A DNA stretch of 64,000 nt. It comes from Eledone cirrhosa. Taxonomy: Eukaryota. The position numbers were made by a program, and so were the translations under genes. Below the pieces are notes generated by a model. That model searched no databases. It was not told where the DNA came from and saw nothing but the letters and a program-made list of their open reading frames with translations. Shown one piece after another: positions 53,437 to 64,000 of this stretch (the stretch's first letter is position 1; every line of letters begins with the position of its first letter). Location: contig OZ024745.1 of the NCBI GenBank assembly GCA_964016885.1, positions 16,864,001-16,928,000 on the forward strand, given 5' to 3'.

Positions 53437-56382
53437 TTCTTTTGTATCTCTTTCTCACTATCTCTATACTTTTCGGGAAGAAATAAGCTGCATTCAGATC
53501 TGGAGAAAAGATGCTCACTTCTATACTTTTACGAAATGCCTTAGAAACGCTGTAAGTCAATATGTCGCGCCTACAACTCTAGCAGGCGTTATAGGTCCAT
53601 TGATAATCTAGATCCAACTAACGTCACCCATGTTTAACTTCATTCTGACGTTGCTAAAATATGTATCAAACAGATTACACCTAACCACACGAAGCCGATG
53701 CAGTAGCATGGTTACAGTCGAATGAGTGACGATAGTAATAAAGTAAAAGTGTTGCTTGATCACTATTAACTGTAAATACCACTAAACTGTAAAATAAAAA
53801 CATTTTACAGTTTCACATGTAAGATAATACCTCCATCTCATCTATTACAATGTCTCTTTAATTCTGTTCCATATATGCTTATACAATCGGGGTTAAGTGT
53901 ACATTTTTAATCTACATACTTTTACATATAATATACAATAATACAGAAGTAAATTCTTACTTCGGTATAATTAATGCATACATATCCCTTCTACTAATAT
54001 CTTCAGCTTATTCTAAAATTAATATTTCAGGACACTTGAATAAATATATTATATATTTATGCAATATTATGTACAACATTATTCAGCATCTGTAAGACTT
54101 TTTAACGTCTGCCGACATTTCTACACATAAATCATTTTGATTCATTACATTAAATAATTTTATGTGTACACTACTAAAGTAACATAACAATGACCGCTGT
54201 TAACACCATCAAAATAGTGGTTGGATTACAACTCAGACAGTCTGTATAGGAAAATGTCACTCTTAATACTTTCCACTCAGATATAGGCTTGCTGTTCATC
54301 TAATATCATACCATCTCTTAAGTTTTATATCTATTAGTCTAATCATAGCTCTCATTAGATATTCTATTGATCAGAACTACATCTTTAAAACTTGATCTAG
54401 AGGAAATGCTGATAGCAATTCCACCAGATGTTATGAGAATGGTGATGTTTCTTTTAGAATATATGTCAATTTATTCTACAAGAATCTCTCTTATATTGAA
54501 TGTGTCTGACACGTCGTCAAAAAGAAAATTAACTCCCATTTTATATCGTTAGCGTCTTTAAAATTCAAAGCTATTTATTATCCATATTTATCTCAGATTT
54601 CGTCAACATATTTTGAGGTTATTCATAACATTATCTACCCCTTAATCATGTGCACGCGTGTTTCTGTTGAATTTTACTTCTGAAGCTAGATCTAAATAAT
54701 CACAATCTAAAGCGACAATTGTAAATTCATTGACAACAGTATATAAATACCATACTAACAATTCTATAGAGGATAATGTATTGAATGTGGTACTTTTTTG
54801 ACATTTCAAATGTTTTAGATACATCTCAGAATATAGTGGACACATTCCAAAAGTAAAATATCTGTAGGTATGCAACATATAGGAAACATACAGAATGAGT
54901 GGACAGAAGGTCTTTAAGTAAAATTGTTAATAATTTTATTATTTTGAAACAATATAATTTTAGAAGTACATTAAAGTGTTAATATTTGACATAGGCACCA
55001 GGGTTTCCCACTACTGCTTCTCGTCATCTAGGTATATCCCCGACTGAATTCATCCGAAATTCAAGTGGTATGTTGGTCAAAACATAACAACTACGTTCCT
55101 TCAGTTAGAATGTTTGGTTTAGAGATATAAACTTCTTCCTTTACTCATCACATCAGGAAAACAAGCTCATGTGATTAAGTCAGGCCTTTCTGCTGGTTAT
55201 TTATGTGGACCTCGATGTTCAAGCCAACGCCTCGGAAATTAGACATCCTGCCACTGACGGAGAGTGCGTGCAAAATGAGAAAGGCCCCCAAAATGCATGA
55301 ATATGAGGTCAATAATATTGTATAAATTGGTCACAGCAGGTCAAAACGTATGAATAATTTTCAAAAGGGAATTTCATTTTACTCGACTTGTATATAGTGA
55401 TCCCACAAATTATCCATTGCATAATTATTTCCGGGTGTATTCCATATTTTCACATTCAATACATTTGATATATTCATATAAAACATTGCTGAATGGCATT
55501 TGTGTTCTACTCAACGTTTTAAGTTTGTATCTTGTATGTTTGTGAAGTTAGATCTCACACTTGAATATTCAGACAAAATTAGAATTCATAGCCTGTATAG
55601 TAGTTGACAGTATTTTTAGATACTAATATATAGAGCATGCTTAGTTCATTGAAATTCATATTTACAATTAAGTCGATTATTTTTTAAGGAAAAGAAAATA
55701 TTAAAATGCGTTTTGAATTTCCAACGTCAGTGGTAGGATTCTTAGTTGTGTTTTCCATTTTCATCATACACTAATAATTACCTATTAGCTTTAATAGACA
55801 GCAATTGGTAAACATGATGGAAGAGGTGTTTTTCTGACTGTCTGTCAATTATAAAATGGAAAACTTTAAAAATGTATATCAAATCGCATTTCGAAGAATA
55901 TATATGCCCATTTGTCGCAGTTAATGATAATTTTCCGTTTTATAAATATATCATATGGCACTAGAAAGAAAGAAAAATGTATAATATATTATGGGGAAAA
56001 CTATTTCGATTTCGTTAATGATATCAAAGTTTTATCAAATTAGTCTCGTCATGTGATTTAAATTATAATCAGATTTGGCGTGTTACCAAATGATTGAAAC
56101 AGAAATCATTTTCTATCATAATTTCTGTCTATAATGTTGACAGAATTATAAAACTTCTGACATTTTTTCCTTCATATTTTGGAACTTGAAACACATAAAT
56201 TAAATAACATTGAAACCTAATTTCCAATTGGGAGTTGAAACATTAGCGTTTGTATCGTGTAGAACATATTCATAATCAGAAATAATTTGTAAAATGCCTC
56301 ATAATGAAAATTATGTGAAATAGCATAAAAAATGTATACTTTAAATCAATTATGAAATAAGTAAGTAGACAGAGATTTCGAT

Positions 56383-56458
<76 letters not shown>

Positions 56459-56621
56459 CTCTCTCTCTCTCTCCCTCTCTCTCCCTCCCCCTCTCTCTCT
56501 CTCTCTCTCTCTTTCTTTCTAAACATACAGACACACAAAAACTCACACACACCGACACAAACACACACGCACATAGAGATATATAATGTAAGAGTGCGCG
56601 TGAATGTATGTATGTATAAGC

Positions 56622-56656
<35 letters not shown>

Positions 56657-56803
56657 GATATATATATAGATATATATACACATGCATATAATATATAATA
56701 TATAATATATAAAAGACATACATACATATATTACATGCATATACTATATAATATATATATATAGACACACACACGCGCACACACACACTCACGCGCACGC
56801 ACA

Positions 56804-56868
<65 letters not shown>

Positions 56869-57187
56869 TTTGCGTGCAATTGTTCTCCACGCTCCACATA
56901 TGACGTATTATATTCGTTTTTTCCCGTTCTTTGCCAGAGAACGTTTCCACGAACCAAAGTATCGTCTTCCCGTCTTCCTCCGGTTCCAACGTTTTTTGAA
57001 ATATACACTTCTGCGTTTACAGATTGACTTTGTTAGTTTCAGAAGATCCCGTTAAGGGTGAAAGCAGCGATTCTTTGCTTAAACTTTAATCTGTTATTTT
57101 AATGAATATAAATATATATATATATTTATATATATATTTGTATATATATATATCTATATATATATATCAATCGAGTAAACAGGAAAA

Positions 57188-57489
57188 TATACGATGCTGA
57201 TGACAGCTAATAAGCTAGAAACTAGTTCATCGTTCCTTTGTCAGTGTTGAACAAAAAGGTAACGATGGTTACCGAACACTGTACAGCTACTAATTCGGGA
57301 TGCTTGTTTACAAACAAATCGAGCATTATAATAAATGTTCGGTAAACCCATACGTACATTTATATATGTGTGCATGTATGTATGTATATACATACTAGTG
57401 TACGTATGTATATATATATGTATGTACGTATACATACTCATTTAAGTATCAGCCGTACTAAGAGTGAGAAATGAAATTTCATTTTTTCC

Positions 57490-57492
<3 letters not shown>
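57188..57492 (+). mobile_element. Sub-monomer copy of the hammerhead repeat between (TA)n tracts
   Basis: Colinear with the 48.6-kb variant, from the hammerhead to the gccgtactaagagtgagaaatgaaatttc end motif. Confidence 0.85.
57191..57233 (+). ncRNA. Minimal type I hammerhead ribozyme (GUU site)
   Basis: acgatg-CTGATGA-c-agct-aata-agct-a-GAAA-ctag-TT-catcgt. Confidence 0.75.
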
Positions 57493-57536
<44 letters not shown>

Positions 57537-57539
57537 CAT

Positions 57540-57640
<101 letters not shown>

Positions 57641-57670
57641 AACAAAAGATGGTTAAAAGAGTTCCATGTA

Positions 57671-57737
57671 TTTTATTATGCGCATTTCAAAAACAAATAT
57701 CATCATGCAATAATATTTGTGTTTTCATCAGATAAAA
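57671..57737 (-). ncRNA. Type I hammerhead ribozyme in the PLE 3' terminus
   Basis: ttttat-CTGATGA-aaacacaaatatta..tgatatttgttttt-GAAA-tgcgca-TA-ataaaa; stem III ATGCGCAT is palindromic. Confidence 0.8.
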
Positions 57738-58588
57738 CATGAAGACATGATATGAAGGTTAAAAAACACTTGTGGATAGTTCAGTTTTAAATCAACATAT
57801 GAGAAATAGTTTTAGATTGATGTGTGATATTGGGAAAAATATTTTATTTAGAGGGGGGGTGGAAAGGATGAAAAAGAGGAGGAGATGAGAGTAAAAAGTG
57901 GAGAGGGTGGAGTATAATGAGGAAGGATGAGATAGGAGGAGAGATGGGTGATAGAGAGAGAGAGATAGCTTTTATAACTGAGAAAGATATATTGTTTTAC
58001 ATAGAGAGGTTGAAAACCGTTGGAAGATAATGAATAAATTAAAAGAATTTGAAAATTAACGAAGAGAAAAATAATGTAAAGTTAAGGTTTGTATATTGAT
58101 GGGTTTGATAATATGTGCGATGAAAAAAGAGAATGTTAATATGTATTGAGAATAACGTTTAAGGGTTTAATAATATGTGCGATGTTAAGAAGATGTTGAT
58201 ATGTATTATTAAAAGGAACAACAGGTTATTTAAGTAAGGAAATAGTGTGAGATGAATGAGTTAGATGAAAGGGAGAAAAGAATAATGAATTGAGGATGAA
58301 TAATCTAACGTCAAAAAAATGTATATGTTTACGAAGGATTTTTACAAGGTGATATAGAGTAAGAATGTATTGTATTATGTAGTAATTGATTCTATGTTAG
58401 GCAAGAGTGAGAAAAGGTACAGATTAGGGGTTAGACATTAAAAGAAGAGAAGAATGAGTAACAAGTATTATAGAATGTATAATAACCTTTGAAATAAGGT
58501 AGAAAGATGGGTATATTTTAAAAAGAAGTGTATATATATATATATGTGCCTTTGAGAAAAAGATTCTAAATTGATAAAGAATTGAATA

Positions 58589-60354
58589 TTAGCTGTATAC
58601 TTTGTGAAATGTTTTATGGAATTTATGCAAGCAGATAGAAAACAAGTCAGTGCGTCTATTTATTATAGAATCTAAATTAGAAATAATGGTAAATTTTTCA
58701 TTTAGGCAGAGATTGCAAATTTTGGATAGAGAACTGTTCAAGTATAAAGACGCAGAAGAAACCTTCTTCCAAAAGATGCTATATTTAATATTTTTGTCTT
58801 TCAAGGACCATATGAGTTCTGAGAGAGCCGTGTTGGTTCTTTTAAGTTTGTATTTAAAAGACGAATGATGGTTATAAAGACGAGCTTTAAAAGAGGTGGA
58901 AGTGGAGCCAAAATAGGTGAAGGAATTGGTGTCAGTTATAACTTTACATTCGTAAATTAAGTTTTTATCAAGACAATGGTTGTTGAGAGGACATTTATTT
59001 TTAATAGGGCAATTGCAATTGCGATTAGAGAGATTATTAATGAGTGACCTAGTGTTATCTATAGAAGGAATTGGATTGGAGAAGTTATTTGCGATAGGAA
59101 TAATAGTTTCTTGATTTAGAATGGGATTAAGAACATTTAGCGAAGTTGTGTTTGACGTTGTATTTGGGTTTGTAGAAATTAGCCTAGGGTTTACAATGAC
59201 GTCGGGAGTACTATTATTATGATATTCAGTGTTGGAAGGAAGAGATTTAGTATTTAGTATTTTATTGTTGTGTTTAGAGATAATGTTGGAAATGTTGGAG
59301 GATGTAGAATAGGAAAATGTTATAGTGTGTTTGTTAAATATTTTACTATAGATATGTGAGGGAGGGAAGCATTTATTTAAGGCACTAAAGAATAATTTAG
59401 GAATACTGTTATTGATAGAGATGGAGAAAGGAGCATTATACCAGATTAGGTTTTTGTATCTAGGTCTTTTATTAAAGTTATTGGAATGATCACGATTAAT
59501 TATTCTACTGTAATTTCTTCTAGAATTTGTTTCTTTACTATATTTAATTTTATCAGGATAGCCGGCTTTAGAAAGCGCGTTATTATAGTAATTGGCGTTA
59601 GCATCAAAGATGTTTTTATTAGAAGATAGGTTAGATATTCTTTTTCCAATATTACTAACTATAGCATTTTTGATATTAGTAGGATGGTTAGATTTAAAGT
59701 TAACATAATTTAGGTTCTCATTGTTTTTATGGTAAGGGTAATATAGGCCAGTGTCAAGATTAAGAGATACATTCAAGAAATTAGCTAGTTTGATGCTGTT
59801 ATCAAATTCAATTTTTAGGTTATGTTGGTTAAAGAGATTACGTATATTGTTCTTAATAATATTAAGGTTAACTATGTTGCAATTTAAGATAGTAAAGAGT
59901 CCATCGTCACGATAAATTCCACCGCGAAGTTGAGGAATTTTCCGACTCAAAGAGTTCAAAATAAAGATACCAATTAAATCTGTCAATTGAGATGAATCAG
60001 ATGCTCCCATTGTTATGTCGAAGTTGTTAGAGGTATCGGCTCTGGTCCAATATTCGTTGTTGAACTCTAGGATGGTTTTACGTGCGGTGAGAATGATGTG
60101 AAGTTCATCTGTGGTGATGTCAGAATATTTAAGTGCGAAAGATAGAGCATTGTTGAGAAGTGAAGGCGAAATAGAAGAATAGTAGCTGGCAATATCAAAT
60201 TGAACAAATTTTAGTTTGTTTTTATTATTCAATTCGTTGAACCAGCTAATCACTTCAGAAGTACCAAACCATAATTTAGGTTCAAAGAAGAGCAATTAGA
60301 ATGAACCTGTGGGATAATTCTATCCAAGATGGCTTTACTAACCACCCCCAGATC
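58589..60354 (-). CDS. Penelope-like RT + divergent C-terminal GIY-YIG endonuclease (Hydra-like, tentative), N-terminally truncated
   Basis: FVQFDIASYYSSIS, ITMGASDS, GIYRDDGL, FLNVSL, SNHP, CNCP..KCPL...CL..NLIYEC...YFGST...FKARLYNH, CNLCLNEK; 568-aa open frame. Confidence 0.93.
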
Positions 60355-60447
60355 TATATATAACAAAGGAATTGTGGTAAGGAACCAGATGGACCATAAC
60401 GCACCAGAGTACTCAATACTTAGGGTAGTAGAGTGGGAAATAGGAAA

Positions 60448-60555
60448 AAGTATGACCCCGACGGCAGAGCTCAAGCCATTTCGACGGCTATTTCTGGACT
60501 AGATTAGAATTTTTAGCCTGGTGAATAAATAGCCGAACTTGTCAAGGGGGTACTT
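60448..60555 (-). ncRNA. Type I hammerhead ribozyme, U3-A8 core variant with long stem II
   Basis: aagta-c-cccc-TTGACAA-g-tt-cggctattt...aaatagccg-tc-GAAA-tggc-ttgagctct-gccg-TC-gggg-tca-tactt. Confidence 0.7.
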
Positions 60556-62564
60556 CCTTATATGGGAAGATTGTAGTTGTCAAGAGGATTGGTTAAAATT
60601 TGTTGTAAACACAAATGAGTCTATCATGGCATTTGGTGGGAGGTAGGGGTGGCTGAAATTTCTGTAGAACAATAGTGGAGTGAGTGGAGCGGACAATCGT
60701 TGAAAGTGATATGTATACACCAGATTCTAAGGATAGTGTATGAAGTGGAGGAGGGAGGTTATAGAATAGGTAAATCGAATGAGAGTAGGAGACACTAAAA
60801 GATAATAGAAAAAATAAAAAAATATATATAAAATTAGTTAGTGAGAAATGAATAAAAAAAATCACAATGCTATCTTAAAATTACAGGTTAATAAGTTGGG
60901 ATTAGAAAAAACTTGTAGAAATTGAGTAGTAACAAAACTGATACAAAATTAAAGGGGTTTAACACGTCTGCTATAAGTAGTTAGTTAAACGTATTCGGCC
61001 AATTCTATCTTTGAATTACAGGGGTGGGGGAAACGATGCTACAGAGGCCCGATGGGCTGCATCGGGGTAGGCGAAAGGGTAGAGCAGACGAGGAAGAAAA
61101 TAGGGGGTGGAAGGAAGTGATAGGATGAGACAGAGGGAAGAAGAAAAAGAGGAAAAGAAAAGAGATACATCTACCTATGTAAGCTGGGGTTTCCCCTAAC
61201 TTATTCGGCAAGTGTGTGGGGGGGGGGGGGGGGGTATCAGCCCTTGTCTACCTACCCGGGTCGTTATGGGGTTTGAGGGCGAGGTAAGTCTTATGCAATC
61301 TGTGTTTGCATGCGGTTACCAGTTCGTATTTCTTATTTAGGAGTTGGTCCTTCGAAAACAACATTTGTAATGTTTCCTCCGAGCATAAGTTACACGGACG
61401 GTGCCCTCCCGTGTAAGAGGTAGCTCTGGACAGTAAGCTCCAAGTGAGATTGTAGGTTATATTATTATCTTGGGGTTCCCACATGTAGCCCGAATGTGTA
61501 GTGGCATGTCGCCGGACCGGGTTTCCGAAAGTATGTCGGTGTTGGTAGAGCCGGGTCTTGAAGTCACACGCGGTTAATCCTATATAAACTTTGTTGGATG
61601 TGTCCGTCCTCACGTTGCACTGGTAGTTCACGTTACGTTCTCGGCATTTGTTGTTGAGGGGGCACGTAGATCTATCAGGGCAGTTACACCTCCTGGTCGG
61701 CTCCACTGATGTCTAGGTTATTTCTCCCATAGGGGTTGAGTTTTTTGTTGTTTGAAAGGACGATGTTTTGTGCGAAGTTATGTGTGGTGCTGTAGGACAG
61801 TTTGATGGTGTTTTTGTTGATTATGTTGTGGTAGCGGTGTTGTAGTGGGAAGTGTTTTTCGAGGATTCTGAAGAAGATTTTCCCGATAGGTGTTGCCACC
61901 TCGGCATTATGGAGAGGATTGAACCACGTTACGTTGTGTGAGCGGCGGTGTCGCCTGCTGGTTCTGCTAAGGAAAGCTGGATAACAGGATATTTCCTCCC
62001 GGAAGCCACTTCGCTCCAGGGCCTGGTTGTAATGAGGCGCGTGTTCGTCGAATATCTGCTCATTAGCGAACAAACGAGATATGCGGAGGGAGATGTTTTT
62101 AACCAGGTTATTGGTGATGTTTCTAGGATCGTTAGAGAGGCGGTGGATGTAGTGCAGGTTGTCGTTTGGTTTCCTGTATGGGTAGTACAGATCATTTTCG
62201 AGGTTAAGTGTAACGTTCAGGAAATTGACTTGGGTTAGGGACGTTTGTAGAGTGATTTTAAATTCCCAGTCCCGGAAGAAGTTGATTAGTTGTTTACGGA
62301 CTCGGTCTATACTACTTTGAGAGTGAGGAGCCCATCATCCGGGTACAATCCACCGCCGAATGATGCAGGAAACATTTCGGTGAGTTTAAATAGTAGGAAT
62401 AATCCTATAAGATCTATGACCTCGGCCGAATCCGTCGCGCCCATACTGGCGTTGAAGAGGTAGTTGGGAGCTCTCTTTATCCACTTAGAGTTGTCGAAAA
62501 GTAGGACTGTCTCTCCTGGCGTGGAGAATGATATTTCTTTCCTGGTCAGTGATGGGTGTGAGTG

Positions 62565-62669
62565 AGTAGCCCCTAGACAAGTTCGGCTATTTATTCACCA
62601 GGCTAAATTCTAATTTAGTCCAGAAATAGCCGTCGAAACGGCTTGAGCTCTGCTGTCGGGGTCATACTT
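62565..62669 (+). ncRNA. Second copy of the variant hammerhead (core TAGACAA, probably inactivated)
   Basis: cccc-TAGACAA-g-ttcggctattt..ggctaaatt-ct-aatttagtc..aaatagccg-tc-GAAA-cggc..gctg-TC-gggg. Confidence 0.6.
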
Positions 62670-62728
62670 ATTCCTATATATATAAATATATATATATATA
62701 TATCATATATTATATATTATGTAGTATA

Positions 62729-62773
<45 letters not shown>

Positions 62774-62825
62774 AAGTATGATGCCGACTGCAGACCTCAA
62801 GCTATACCTACATATATTTAGGTAG

Positions 62826-62872
62826 CAGCCGTACTAAGAGGGAGAAATGAAATTTCGTTTCATTCTTTTCCA
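62826..62872 (+). mobile_element. 3'-terminal fragment of the hammerhead repeat family
   Basis: cagccgtactaagagggagaaatgaaatttcgtttcatt followed by a TA-rich tract. Confidence 0.75.
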
Positions 62873-63268
62873 TATATAAATAAAAATATAGATATATACA
62901 TAAATATATATATAATATATTTAGAAACACACAGATACATGCGGACACACACATATATACATGAATGCATCCGCACCCAACTGTGAGTTAAGGGTGCCAA
63001 CTTCACCGATGTTGCTCAATGAATGACTGGGACAGACCAATTCAGTTGAACTAGACTGAACCAGTATCAGAGTTAAAAATACATTATGAAGAGAGAAGAA
63101 ACATTTAGATATAATTAGTAATAAAATGTATCATACCTAAACTGCTTCTAAATTCCTCGACTACGTAGTTTCGTGGCATAAACAAAAACAATATATCATA
63201 AAGATATAGAGTCCCTGCGAGGTCTGCCGACTTATCAAGAGGATACCTCATTTTACTAGTCTCAAGAA

Positions 63269-64000
<732 letters not shown>

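Larger units (their letters stand above)
60356..62675 (-). mobile_element. 5'-truncated Penelope-like element 2 with 3' pLTR (60356-60555) and inverted 5' pLTR copy (62561-62675, + strand)
   Basis: Frameshifted ORF remnants 61248-62555 (SMGATDSAEV, GGGLYPDDG, SNDP, VTWFNP, CNCPDRSTCPL..VYIGLT..FKTRLYQH, CNLCSEE); inverted terminal copies; TA at both ends. Confidence 0.9.

Overview
AT-rich eukaryotic (animal) genomic DNA with no intact host gene. The dense (TA)n/(CA)n/(GA)n microsatellites and tRNA-derived Nin-domain and CORE-type SINEs suggest an octopus/cephalopod genome (inference). The window is mostly retroelements: a head-to-tail cluster of Tx1-type LINEs whose ends sit in (TATC)n (24.6-36.8 kb), three Penelope-like elements (RT plus C-terminal GIY-YIG), many SINEs, CR1 and Gypsy remnants, and a Helentron-like element. 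The most striking feature is a ~4.3 kb quasi-palindrome (19284-23604) of apparently identical 468-bp units, each carrying a minimal type I hammerhead ribozyme (9 copies). It looks like a freshly retrotransposed non-LTR 'retrozyme' multimer, with diverged relatives at 48.6, 57.2 and 62.8 kb. Further hammerheads lie in Penelope pseudo-LTRs, including a U3-A8 core variant with a long branched stem II. All RNA folds were read by eye and none has been tested.
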